DNA of 64,000 bases, from positions 416,405,735 to 416,469,734 of the forward strand of contig NC_058130.1 in assembly GCF_016433145.1 (NCBI RefSeq), given 5' to 3'. Made by a program: the position numbers and the translations under genes. Shown here piece after piece: positions 1-12,523 of the stretch. Position 1 is the first letter of the stretch. Every line of letters starts with the position of its first letter. The notes beneath the pieces are model-generated. The model was given only the letters and a program-made list of their open reading frames with translations, did no database searches and was not told the origin of the DNA. The stretch is from Gracilinanus agilis. Taxonomy: Eukaryota.

Positions 1-3
1 CCT

Positions 4-86
<83 letters not shown>

Positions 87-90
87 TTTT
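1..90. repeat. (CT)n/(TTTC)n microsatellite
   Basis: Direct reading: ctctctct followed by a long tttc array. Confidence 0.97.
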
Positions 91-439
91 CCTTTTGTCA
101 TTCATGTCCATTGTTCCCAAAGTGGCATTGTGAAGATATCTATGCAACAAGAATCAGTTTGGAAATAGTGTTGTTACTTACTGTCCTCTGTACTGAATTT
201 TGAGGGATATGGTTCTGGAAGCGACTATGGCCCATCACATGGATACAAGATTCTATTACTTCCTTCACATTATATTTGCATTTTAAAGAGAATATTGATG
301 AACATATAATAATGTAAACAAAATAAACTGCTACTCTGGGAATTTTAGATTGTAACATATAAATGAAGGATTTTTTTTACTTTATTTTTGCTTGAGAAGA
401 CTGAAATTATATCATATAAATCAAATATAATAGTGTATC

Positions 440-552
440 ACTGAATAGAAAGTTTTGTGAGGGTGGGGACTCCCTTTTGCTTCTTTTTGTATCTCCAGTC
501 CTTAGCACAGTGAGTGGCACATAACAAGAACATAATAAATGTTTGTTGATTG
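440..552 (+). mobile_element. L2 LINE 3' end fossil
   Basis: ttgtatctccagtccttagcacagtgagtggcacataacaagaacataataaatgtttgttgattga matches the typical L2 3' terminus. Confidence 0.7.
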
Positions 553-689
553 ATGGATTGGACCCAGTCCAGCTTTATTATTCAGTTTACTCCACTCAGT
601 AAACAAAGAATTTTTTTAGGTCAGATCTTCATGTACAAATTGGCTTTTTCTTTCCAAACAGAGCAAAAAAAGTGTTCAGAAAAAATAAA

Positions 690-1060
690 AGGAAATGACC
701 AGGAGGTGAAGAGGTGATTATATATAAGGACAGGCTACATTCAGGACATTTTAGCCTGGAAATGTGAAGGCCAAAAAAAGTTCTTGATGAAAGATGTAAG
801 TCTATAAAATTATGAAAGGATGGAGGGGATGAAAATGAACTTATGTAGGAAACTCTAGGACACGAGGTCTCTTGAAATATAAGGTTTTATGAAAAATACA
901 GAGAAATATTTATTGACAGGAGGTAGTAAGCTTATGGACTTTATCATACCAAATAATAAAAAGACTGAAAATATAAGCATCGTCAAGAAAGATTTGGTAA
1001 ATGGATAGATAAAAGTCCATCCATTAAGATAAGGTTAAAATGCTGAGGTTAATATTGAAG
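690..1060 (+). mobile_element. CR1/L3 LINE 3' fossil
   Basis: Degenerate similarity to the L3 3' end (ttttagcctggaaatg..., gtctataaaattatgaaagg..., ggtagtaagcttatggact). Boundaries are approximate. Confidence 0.55.
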
Positions 1061-1399
1061 AGCATATCTACGAATTCTTACAAAAGACTCTGATCCCCAT
1101 CAGTGACATAACTCTGTGTAAGATGAACCATATTTATCATATGTTGTGTCACCTCTTTTGTTTCTACTTTTTTAATGTTGGGAAATCAAAGTAATTTTTG
1201 CTTTCTTGTTGCCTTATATGGGGGAAATAACAAGGCAAAGTCATCATTAGACTATTATTGAATAAGCCAACAAACCAATTGAGTCTCTTGTTAGAGTTTC
1301 TAAGATCAGATAAAATTTTTTTAAAAATCAAATACTTTATTCATTTGTTTGAATCTCCTTTCCATGAAAATGCAATAAGAATTAACTGGAAAATATATG

Positions 1400-1700
1400 T
1401 ACACTTATCCAAGAAAATTCCAAAGGATTCATAAAGAAAATGCAATACACCCCCAGAGAAAGAACTGATGAACTGTGAGTACATACTTAAGCATTTTTTA
1501 ACTTTCTTTTTCTTCCCTCTTTCTTCCCTTCTTCCCTCTTTTATTTCCTTGTTCCTTTTTTAAAATATAGCTAATATTGAAATATGTTTTGAATGACTCC
1601 ATATTTATAAAGTATATATTATTTACCTTCTCAATGATTGAGGGAAGGGAGGAAGGGAGAAAATGTGGAACTCAAAAAAATTAATAAAAGTTAAAAAGTA
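1400..1700 (+). mobile_element. Old marsupial L1 3' UTR fragment
   Basis: cagagaaagaactgatgaactgtgag...gggaagggaggaagggagaaaatgtggaactcaaaa followed by an A-rich tail with aataaa. Confidence 0.6.
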
Positions 1701-2285
1701 GTCTTTCATTTGAAAAAGGAAATCTGCTTCACTGTGCCCATCCAATTTTAGATCCACATGAATTCAGCAAAATATTTCTTATTATTTTCTCCACCTCTCT
1801 CCCCAACTTAGTGTCCTCTGAATTGAAACATAGCATCTCAGGGTATCCCTCTACAAAGACATGTTTTGATGTCCACGTTTGAATTCTCTCTCTCTTTCTT
1901 GTTTATAACATATGGCTCCTCTGTTTCAGAAATATATTCATTTTACCCATTGAGAAGCCAGCACCACCTCCTCAGTTCTTCCTATCATTCAATTTGAACT
2001 CATCTAAGTCCCCCCTTCCCAGCTCCTCCCCCCTTGCCCCCACCCCTTTCTCTTTCAGAAGATACATCTCTAACTCCTCCAATGGCGCCTTCACTCTTCC
2101 TGCAGAGGTCCTGACACTCAGTCTGCATAGCTCTTATCTGTCCTATGCAGGAGGAGGGGATGGAGGATTGGGGGCTTTCAGAGAGAATATTTGTTGCAGT
2201 TCAAAGCAAGGCATCTTTTATTTTTCTCTTTCCCTCTCTCTTTTTCTCTCTCTCCCTTTTTTTCTCCTCCAAGATAAATAGAAGT

Positions 2286-2441
2286 NNNNNNNNNNNNNNN
2301 NNNNNNNNNNNNNNNNNNNNNNNNNNNNNNNNNNNNNNNNNNNNNNNNNNNNNNNNNNNNNNNNNNNNNNNNNNNNNNNNNNNNNNNNNNNNNNNNNNNN
2401 NNNNNNNNNNNNNNNNNNNNNNNNNNNNNNNNNNNNNNNNN
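2286..2441. other. Assembly gap (156 N)
   Basis: Run of N. Confidence 1.
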
Positions 2442-3495
2442 TTTCCTTGTTGTTAATTTGTTATGTCAGCCCATATTAGTGGGTTTCAAAAGTCCAAACT
2501 GGCAAGTGTGGTGACCCAAAGGGAACGAGTCTATAAAAGATCTCTAAATCGAAGCCTATTAGATGTGCAGTTCATTAGCTGTGCACCTATAGCTGTATAG
2601 ATGTGCATGTTATTATTTTGGAGACCTTCCTGAATTTTAATAGTCATACTCATCGTCTTGTGACAATTGACATTTTATTTTTAAGTCCATTAAACAAATA
2701 TTTGCCAATCAATTGGAGATATTTCATGTTTCTTAAGGGCTAGGATAGTAAGAGGTTACAAAAGTAAAACAAGGCATTATACTTTTCTTTAGAAACTTAG
2801 ACTTTAATGAGGGGGTGGATAAGAAAACACGCTTTAAAGAGAGATGGAGATTTTGCAAAAAAAAATACATTGAAATTGAAAATAAAATCACAAAAGATAT
2901 TCTGTATGTACTTTAAAAATATTAAGGAGCACAGATAAGACTGGTAGATATGGTGCTCGTGAGGAAACCATGTTCATACTGGTGTCCCAGTGTAATGATC
3001 AAAAGTCCTGAGAGACAGCTAGGTTCACTTTAAACAAACACACATTGAAAGCTGATGTCCAGGTTTTCTATGTTAGATTGGTAACCTCTAATCTAAGTAG
3101 AGTGAACAAAACAATGGAACCCATTTAGAATGAGAGGTTTGGGCTTCAAGAATTCTACAAGGATAATCTGAAAGACAAAAGGACTTATTCCTTCTTAGTC
3201 CAAGATTTGTTTGTCCCTATTACTTAAAGTCAAAGTTAATAGCCCTAATGATTATGACCTAATTAATTGTCCTAATTGACTCTCCTGATTTGAGTAGGAC
3301 ATATTGGCTTCTTTTTCAGAAGGGCTACATAGTAGAGTGATTTCAAATAGACAAGGATGTTGGGAGAAGTTATGGATTCCAGGATTATCTGAATTGTGAT
3401 GGAAGATCAAATTAGTAGTTCCCAGGTCCTGTTAGTTAGCTTGTGTTTTATGCTTTATCCTTAATCCTATAATATAGGAGACTTGGTCTACTCAC

Positions 3496-3657
3496 AGACA
3501 TCTGCATTTTTTTTGTGCTCACTGATTTTAATAAAAGAGGCAGCTTGCCAATAGTTTGTAGGCAGCTGACCTCACAGGTAAGAAGATCTGGGTTATATAA
3601 GATATACAATGGATCCAACTGGCTATGCATCTTAGTGCCACATGAAACGATCAAAGA
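3496..3657 (-). CDS. Candidate internal coding exon (162 nt, phase 0-0), SLIVSCGTKM...STKKMQMS, unidentified
   Basis: Acceptor atattgttctgcaccttacag, donor TCT|GTGAGT, open frame of 54 codons. No recognised homology, so it could be chance. Confidence 0.2.
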
Positions 3658-4044
3658 CTGTAAGGTGCAGAACAATATTCTGTGTCAAGTATGCTAGATG
3701 GCAAGGATAGAAGTGGAAAGAGTGAAATGATTCCTCCTGACAAGGACCATACGTTCAAATGGAGGGCACAAGTATGTATAAAAATCTCTGCAGCAAAAAT
3801 ATACAGTGAATACATACAAATATTTACACACAAAGTAGGTATAAAATCGACTTATGCATAGGGTACTAAAAGCTGGGATCAGGAAAACTTCATTCAGAAG
3901 ATGGTATTTAAACTGCATCTTAAGAAGAGTATTTAGAAAGCATGGATGAAGAAAGAGTGTATTCCAAGAATGTGAGCTGTTCAATTCAAAGACTTTGAGA
4001 ACAACTGCAGATTTGTGTGTGAAGAATAGAAAGAAAGATGATTT

Positions 4045-4229
4045 GGGGGCAGCTAGGTTGTTCAATGGATTGAGTGCCAGGCCTGGAGTAGAGAAGACTT
4101 GGTTTCCAATCTGGTCTTAGACTCTTCCCAGCTGTGTGATCCTGGGAATGTCATTTTACCTCTTTTGCCTAGTCCTTGTCCTTCTGTCTTAGAGGTTTTA
4201 CTAAGACACAAAGTAAAGGTTAAAAAAAA
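4045..4229 (+). mobile_element. Marsupial tRNA-derived core SINE (MAR1/SINE_Mdo-type) with 13-bp TSD
   Basis: gggggcagctagg head, core gtgtgatcctgggaatgtca, A-tail. TSD aaagatgatttgg at 4034-4046 and 4227-4239. Confidence 0.9.
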
Positions 4230-4399
4230 GATGATTTGGCTGTTATCACCCAGGGCAGTAAGAAGAAAAGCATGCTATGATGCCCCATTTAGGTTAGGAC
4301 CAGGGTCTCTAGGGCCTTAAATCCTAAACAGAGCAATTTATATTTTACCCTAGGGTTAATAGTAAGCCAAAAGAATTGATTGACTAGGGAACCACATGG

Positions 4400-5230
4400 T
4401 AAGATTTATGTCGAAGGAAAATTCCGTTGGTGACAGTATGTAGGATGGCCTGGAGGGCTAAAGGGCTTTATTGAAAGGGAATCAATTTAGGTAGTTATTA
4501 TAATAACTGAAGTGAGAGATGATGAGGGCTACAACTAAGGTAGTATCTGTTTAAGTGGTGGATAAAGAGAGTGGTTGTCAGAGATGTAAACATAGAAACA
4601 ATAAAATTTGCTCCAGATGGGTTGTGTTGATTAAGAGATTGAGGAGTCAAAGATAATGCTAATGTTAAAAACTGGAGGGATTGCAAATAGGTGATACTTG
4701 CAGTTAAATCAGGGAAGTTTACAAGAAGGGTCCGTTTAAAGGGCAAGATAATGACTTCAATTTGGGTAATGATGAGTTTAAAATGTCTCCTGGGCATCAA
4801 ATTTTAAATGTCCAACAGGCAATTGGTAATGTGGGACTCAAGCTCAGGGGAAAGACTAGGGTAATATAGATAGATCTGGGAGACATCTAAGGCTAGAGCA
4901 AGATGAGAAGGAAGCCAACAGCAGAATTTCTGGGAACCTTTGACATGGATGCTGAGTCAGCAAGGAGACTGAGGACAAAGAGATGAACCAGGAGAAGAGT
5001 GTCATGGAAGCCAAAAAAGAGAGGGTATGCAGAAGGAGAGTGGTTAATAATCACAAATGCAGCACATACATTTGATATGACAATTTAGAAAACATTGGTA
5101 ACTATTGGGAGAATAGTTTCAATTGAGTGCTGAGATCAGAATCCAGAGCAAGAGATTAAGGAGTGAAAGCAGAGAAAATAGATATGGTGAGGGTAAAATG
5201 CTTTGAGGTATCTGACTGAGACAGGACAGA
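4400..5230 (-). mobile_element. L2 LINE fossil (antisense)
   Basis: Characteristic antisense L2 text (gtgagagatgatgagggc..., gagtttaaaatgtctcctgggcatc..., agatagatctgggagacatc). Boundaries are approximate. Confidence 0.65.
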
Positions 5231-6969
5231 CAGGAAGATAGTTTCAGGGGTAGTAACTCTAGGAAAGGTAGAGATACTTGGTGTTCTTGAATTCAGTATG
5301 GAAGGATTCCTTTGGTTAGGAGATGTTAAAATTGAGGTTGGAAAAAAAATTTTTTGGTCACCAGTCCATTGGAGAAGATGGAAGAGAAAGGCATCAAAAG
5401 CTCATGGAGAGGGGTGTAAGAGTTGGAAGGGAGCAAATCAAGGATTCAATCAAGCACACATCTGGGATTTGGAGCTGAAGCTGGTCTCATGGAATCTTGA
5501 GGAGGTTCCTTTTGGGAGGGTCCAGTGAAGGAGAGATTTTGGTGAAGATTCTGAAGATTTCTCAACTGCCAAAACACCTGAGGACATTTAAGCTCTTTCT
5601 GGGGGGGTTGGGTGGTGAAGAGTGGCAGGGGGTTCCTAGGAAGAAATTGCTCTTCTAAACCTCAAATTCCCTGGCTTCTTTGGAGACTACAACAGCTAAA
5701 TGCATTCTATAGATCTTCATTGCCAACAAAAAGGAATCTGTGATAGTTGTGCTTTAGTTTGGCCATAGTGCTTGGACTCCAGAGGGAGGGGGCACTTGGG
5801 GACCTTTTCTGTGTCCAGCTTGTACCCTTACCTAACTGTTATTCTCTCATTTGTTAGCTAGTGATAAAGTTAGGACAAAGTGAAAAAGAGAGTCAGTTTC
5901 TGGGACCAAGCTACAGAAGAAGCCAGAGCTGATCTCTTGAAGGGGGATTCTAAGTTACCCTTATTCCCTCTTACCTCAAATAAATCCCTAAAATAACCCT
6001 TTCCCTAGTCCCTGAAATCTCATATCATTCAAATAAATCCTTATTAGTTTATTAGTTGTAGTTTGGGCCTGTTACCTTGAGGGGAGGAGACCACAGGGTG
6101 GTTGAAGGGAAGACAAATACCAATTCCATCTGGAAGAGAAAAAGCCTTTTGAATAGGAGTTGGGGGAGGCTTGTCCCAAGATTGGTGGCACAGAAGATTG
6201 GACCCAGTCCATCAGAGTTTCAGCTGATACCCAATATCATCTGCCAACATCCCCACCATAGCATATGTATTTGGGGAAGCCCCCTTGAGAACTATACCCT
6301 CATAGGTCTTCTATGTGTAGGGGTGAGGCGTTAGTTACACTGGCCCATTGAAAGCTATAAAGTGGGGAGTCCAGATACACACACCAACATCATCAATACT
6401 CACCCTCATACAGGGGTTGGTCTCAACAAGAAGTACCATCTCTTCGTCAGATAATAGAAAAAAGGAAACCTACTTGGTAGAAGAAGTTTCCTCACATAAA
6501 GTTCTCAACACTATTACAATCATACTGCTGGGAGGGGGGCTAAGAAGAGATTCATTCTCTTTTAAAATTCTATAGCAATGACAACAAAAACATTATTTAT
6601 TGAAATTTTCAGATTTTATAGGATTGCTTTGAAACTACTGTTTCAGAGCAATAGTAGGTAGCTTGACGTTAGTGAATAATAAACTTCTAAGCTTTTGTTC
6701 ACAAAGCAACCTAAATGTTGAACTTAATGCACACTACATTTGTATGAAAATTTAAATTTGGAAATCAGCAAAGAGAAAATCTGAGGAATATCCTCTTAAC
6801 ATTATAATATGCCCCATGCATACTTTTAAAATAATGATCTCTTAAAAATATATGGTCATATATGCAATGTAGATAAGCTCACATTAAAATGGGCATATTC
6901 ATTTGGATATTTCTTGGTTGTGTGTATTTAAATTCAAAGCTGTAATGTTATAGGAAGTGCATTGTGTAA

Positions 6970-7123
6970 NNNNNNNNNNNNNNNNNNNNNNNNNNNNNNN
7001 NNNNNNNNNNNNNNNNNNNNNNNNNNNNNNNNNNNNNNNNNNNNNNNNNNNNNNNNNNNNNNNNNNNNNNNNNNNNNNNNNNNNNNNNNNNNNNNNNNNN
7101 NNNNNNNNNNNNNNNNNNNNNNN
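6970..7123. other. Assembly gap (154 N)
   Basis: Run of N. Confidence 1.
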
Positions 7124-8399
7124 TACACAAAAATTGGAAGATGGAAGAATTAAAACTAAAGGTCATGAAATTTGATCATCTCCATATTTAAGGTTACTCT
7201 AAGTACTCTGCAAATAACAAGGTGCTTTAATACTGCGCCTGCACTTTAGTCTCATTTAATATAAAACCTATGAAAGATTATTCCTGAAGTCATTATCTTT
7301 AACTGTTGAGAGCATATATCATGACTAAGTGACTGAAGTGCTGTGTGAACTCTCAATGGGATACTGCTGAAGATCTGATATATGTCTCTTGGTATCCATC
7401 AAACTCAAAAGATTTGCAAGAGGAGAAAAAGAGAGAACTTTTAAAAATAAGAAAACATTCAAAAAAGTTAGCTTTCTGCTTCAGAACCACAGAGCCAGAA
7501 CAAGTTGGATAGACGTTAACTACTGAGAAACAAAGGCATCACATGAAACACTCACATTGGCCTTGTTTGTAAACACATAACTTCTGAATAAGATTGAAAA
7601 AGAATATGTAATCCAGCTGAAAATTCATTTGCCTCCTCCTTTGGTAAAAGTTCATTCATTCATATTTCAGTAAATATTTGTTCAACATCTTTTATGTACA
7701 TTGTACTGAACTAGGTGCTGGAATTGGGATGCAAAATGAAAGGTTTTATTCCTCCTCTCAGAGAATTTATAATCTACTCGGGCAGTAAGACACATACAAA
7801 AATATTTCTGCTAAAAAACCTGAAATATTATATAAGTGACATACAGAAGTTATAACAATTTATTTTAGAGATGGAATGAAAGGGTAAATGATTTAAAGTG
7901 AAGGGAACCAGGAAAGGCTGCTTGGAAAAAATGGCATTTAAACTTGTTTTACAGAAAATTAGTGGGAAGATAATCCAGATGGGAAAAATATTATATATAT
8001 ATCTTCAGTTCTCTAGGACCAGATGAACCAACACCAAATATATTGGGAGAACTAGTGAATGTGATGATTGGACCACTGCCATGATTTTTAGGAGATCCCA
8101 AAGTGGATCCCTTTCTCCCTCTCTTCCTCTCTTCTTTTCTCCCTCTCTCTCCCTTTCTTCCTTTGTTCATTCATTCCTTTGTTCATTCCTTCCTTCCTTC
8201 CTTCCTATTTCTCTGACCACCTTTATTCTTCCTCCTTCACTGAATCCCTTTCCACCTCCCCTATACTGTAAATATATATTCTTAATGGTTGTGTCTAAGC
8301 TTCTCTTTTCCTTTATAACTAAATGTGCATTTCTGTATATAAGTTCCTCTCTGGAATTTAGTAAGTATCTTAAAGAAGAAAACTCTGAAATCTAAATTT

Positions 8400-8720
8400 C
8401 AAATGTTTAACTCTCCTCCTAAACTCAAGTCTGATACTTACAAATTATTGCTAAACATTTCTACTTGAATGAGCTTCCTGCATCTTGCAATCAACACATG
8501 AAAAATGGAATTCATCATCTGTTGCCCCAAATAAGATATCTATTCTGACCTCAATTTCTGTTAATGGGACCAATATTTCCCCCTCACCCAAGACAGAACT
8601 TTAGTGTCATCGTTAATTACCAATTCCTCAGGCACTATACTCCTATGCTCACCAAGTACTGTCAGTGTTACCTTTGAAATATCCTCTGCTTCCATTGCCT
8701 TCTTTGTATTTCCAGGAACA
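8400..8720 (+). mobile_element. L2 LINE fossil
   Basis: aacatttctacttgaatg...atggaattcatcatctgttgcccc matches the L2 ORF2 3' region. Confidence 0.6.
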
Positions 8721-8799
8721 TCAGGTTAGTTAAGGTTCTAGTTAATTCATACACATTGAGATATGTGATTGAGATATATAGATCACTAAGGGAATTACT

Positions 8800-9310
8800 A
8801 AGGGAAGATTAGTACTTTCGTTTTGAGGATTTGCTGAATCTCTTTCAGGGCTGTCCATGTGCCACCTAGCTTTTATCTGTAGCTCTGAGAAACTGTAGTA
8901 TACACAGTGGCCCCACAAGCATGTGTGCTAAACTAATATGAAAGTAGCCAACAAGCCTCAAACCCATCAGTGAGTTAGGGGTTTATCTACCTGACTACTT
9001 CTCTCAGTGGAAGGAGTGGATGAGAAGAATTTGTTCTAATGCCCATGAAGGCGGGAGAAACATGTACTATAGAGTGCTTTAAGTTTGCTTAGATATTAAA
9101 GAAGTCAAAAGTTATTTACTGTGTCCTGAGCCATCATCAGTAATCTTGACTTTTGTGTTGCCACTGGACTTCAATGACTGGAAGAGAGAGACAGACAGAC
9201 AACTTTGTGCAACTTTGAGTTACTTAATCTAATTTATACATAAGTCAAAATACATCAATAGTGATGTCATTTTGGTTTTCTTCAAGTATGAAAGATAGTA
9301 ACCAACCAAC
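8800..9310 (+). mobile_element. RTE-related marsupial SINE (WALLSI-type)
   Basis: ttgccactggacttcaatgactggaagagagag...actttgtgcaactt. Related copies at about 40255-40720 and 54440-54630. Confidence 0.6.
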
Positions 9311-10106
9311 ACATCAGATAAGTGGTGTCTCTGCCTTCAGTTTGGTCACACTCAAGTTCAGAATGTACAATGATGCCAGGTAGAGCTTCTCACACTGTCC
9401 TGCTAAGGTCACATCACTCAAATAATTCCTCATTGAATCATGGAAAAAGTCCAAATTGGCATCAGATTAAAAAACCTTGCCATATGCAGATAAAGAGAAT
9501 TCTTAAAGAATCTCTCTCTCTGTCTATCTGTCTGTCTATCTATCTGTATATGTGTATAGGTATATATACATGTGTTATATATATGAAGATTTTACATACA
9601 TGTACATATGTGTGTATTTAGCAAGGCCAAGAGGAAGAGACTTGATTGATGGACAGACTGTCAGAATAATATGAAAGGTAGCAGAAGCAAAATTGTCCAA
9701 TGCCACAAAAGGAGGGGAAAAATTAAGAGATAGAGATAAATTGAAAATGTATGAAAGAGGGGGAATGATTTATGGGACCAGAGAAGATTGGAATCTTGAG
9801 CATAGTCTATATGATTTTTTAACCCCATAGAAAAATTTAGCATTATGACTTTATTATGGGGGAAATCAACTCATTTCACTACCCATTGGTAAAGTCAGCA
9901 CTCTATCTAAATACTCAATATTTCCTTTAAAAATAGGGGATTGGATATGCTAAGCCTGATCCAGGTTGTGAGTCAACAAGATAATGGAAAAAAGGGATAA
10001 GAATTACTCTCTTAAATGTCATGATATTTTATATTCTATAATCAGTTCACAAACTACTTTTTATACATTTCCAATATTATACCATCATGCAGTATATGTT
10101 TTAGAT

Positions 10107-10210
10107 GGAAGGAAGGAAGAAAGGAAGGAAGGAAGGAAGGAAGGAAGGAAGGAAGGAAGGAAGGAAGGAAGGAAGGGAAGAAAGAGGGAGGTAAGGAAGA
10201 AGGGAAGGAG
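10107..10210. repeat. (GGAA)n microsatellite and purine tract
   Basis: Direct reading. Confidence 0.95.
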
Positions 10211-11490
10211 GGATCCATTTCAGGATCTTTCAAAGAACTTAACCTAACCCTGTCTGGAAGGAAACTTAACTTGGGGTCTTAAAAGGGCAATATACTACAC
10301 TTCGAGTGAAATATCTTTCTCCCACAGAATCCTACTTAGACTTTTAATGTTACACTATGGTTTAGATCTTCACTTCAAAGAAAACAAATATAGTCTGAGA
10401 CTATTTGTCTGGTAACCCCTTTCCCATCTGACCTGTACTGACCAAATAATTCCATGTAATGCCAGATCATGACAAGATCCCAACCTTTAACTCTCCCATA
10501 TCATTGCATGCAGTTGCATATCCAACTACAGAGGCTATATGAGGAATCTTCTTTGTCCAGGGATAGAGCTCAAAAACTCCTCCTTGATTCGGAAGGTTAG
10601 GTTCCTTAATTCTAAAACAGCATTGTTTGAGACACATACTAAGTCTGGTGCCACTCAAGAACTCTCTTCTTTAGCTAGTTTCAGTAATTATCATCTCTCA
10701 TATGTCAAGATTCTATGAACCTCTACATGAGAAGTTGGATTTTGGAACATTATCCATAGTTTCTCCCCACATTTCTTTTGGACAAGTATATGTCTTCCTC
10801 TTTCATAATTTTCTGTAAGAATTTTTGATACTTTAATCATGCTCACATTACTCTGGTTTCTTAAGATCTCTAATCTCTGAAGACTTTATGGAAAATGTAG
10901 GACTCAGGATGAGCCTTAACAAAGATACATAGTGTGTGCACTTCACTAAACATCAAGTTCACCATTCAGATAAGAAGGATTCTTCATGGATAATGTTCCA
11001 AAATGGTTAATAATAGGCTGTGAAGTCAACTCCATAAACTCAGGGGCTTTTGAGTGGTCTTAAAGTGAGTTAAATTGAAAAGTTCATATCCATTTTATTT
11101 AAACTTCTGATGAATTAGGATATCTAGTTATGAATAACTCAGTGAACAATTTACCCATAGAGTTCTATATTCTACAAAATAATTGCTTAGCTACAGATAT
11201 GTATAAATACACACACCTTCATACTATATATATATATGTATATATATAAAGGTACACATATGTAATGTTATTCATATACAATACATAATGCATACAGGTG
11301 CATATATATTTGTACACATATGTGTCTGCACACCTGGAGACATATAGGCACATGTTCTTATGCTTCTATGTCTCTTTGTTCAATAATGATATGACAGTAA
11401 ATGAATTACCATAAATAAATTCAGCTGCATAGATTGGTGATGGAGCTGTCCTAGCTCCCTACCCGATCTGACCTTGGAACTGGGGAAGGT

Positions 11491-11564
11491 TTACATCAGT
11501 GATGATTCTATCTGTTCTTGATGAATCACAACTCTTGCTTATGTTTAATCATTGCTGATAGTAA
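11491..11564 (+). ncRNA. Box C/D snoRNA-like sequence (candidate)
   Basis: Box C GTGATGA 11499-11505, C' TTGATGA 11518-11524, box D CTGA 11555-11558, terminal stem TTAC/GTAA, 74 nt. No host gene or target identified. Confidence 0.25.
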
Positions 11565-11597
11565 CAGCTGACAGCTAGTCCTGAGGAGAAAAGACAG

Positions 11598-11599
<2 letters not shown>

Positions 11600-11636
<37 letters not shown>
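11600..11636. repeat. (CA)18 microsatellite
   Basis: Direct reading. Confidence 0.97.
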
Positions 11637-11637
<1 letters not shown>

Positions 11638-11985
11638 CTCTGGCAACTGAATTTCATTGGGGGGATGGGGGTTACCCTTTTACAAATGACTGTTTTTGCA
11701 TATGGATGGAGTGAACTGAAGGTTATTCTGCATATTTTCATAAAGGACATGACATTACAGAGAGGATACTTTTATCCCCCTTTAAAAATAAACCCTTGCT
11801 TGATATGCTTCTAGATAAACCATTTACATTAAGATACCAGAATGAATTAGCTACTGATTTTCTTTTATGAGAATTACTTATCCTATCCTTTGCAAGGAGA
11901 GAGAAATTTTCCCTCTTAAAGGTCAAGCAAATTGTTTTAATTGTGTTGGAACTAAAAAGAGGGAGGAGAGGATGTGATAACTTAC

Positions 11986-12156
11986 TTCTTTCATTAGAGA
12001 GGGGATCTGGGGATCCTGTGTAAGATTTGGTATAGAAATAAAGTCATCACTGAATAAGTTGTGTATCTTATACAGTATATGCTGGCTATAGTCCTCAGAA
12101 TACATGAGATAGGAGTGGGGGTGATATCTATGAAAAATGTTTCTCTGAGCAACAAT
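11986..12156 (-). CDS. Candidate internal coding exon (171 nt, phase 0-0), IVAQRNIFHRY...QIPSLMKE, unidentified
   Basis: Acceptor acagttttgtgttcag, donor GAA|GTAAGT, lies inside the 90-aa ORF 11923-12195. No recognised homology. Confidence 0.22.
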
Positions 12157-12453
12157 CTGAACACAAAACTGTGTTCTTGAAATGCTATAGATCACTCAGG
12201 AATCATATCTGTAGATTACCACTGAGGATATTTTCAATATAAAATGGTGGTCATGGAAAACATAATGCAACCACTTTATTTAACAAAGGCTCATCTGATT
12301 AACATGAATTTCTTTGTGAAGCACAGGACAGCATACAACTGGTATAACTCAAGCACATATAATTTTGTTGCACTTCACCCACTTTGTGGGGGTGGAAATG
12401 GCTTAGTTTATTCATTTGTTTGAGTTAGTTTTATAGATAGGTAGACAGAAAAC

Positions 12454-12520
<67 letters not shown>
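12454..12520. repeat. (GA)n microsatellite
   Basis: Direct reading. Confidence 0.97.

Positions 12521-12523
<3 letters not shown>

Noticed and set aside
5740-6338. Possible old LTR (TG...CA, internal AATAAA)
   Set aside because: No TSD and no family that I recognise, so it is unsupported.
2145-7175. ORFs containing X runs
   Set aside because: Artefacts of translating through the two N gaps.
11520-11560. SECIS element in the minus-strand ATGA...AA...GA segment
   Set aside because: No helix II can form between the quartet and the apical adenines.
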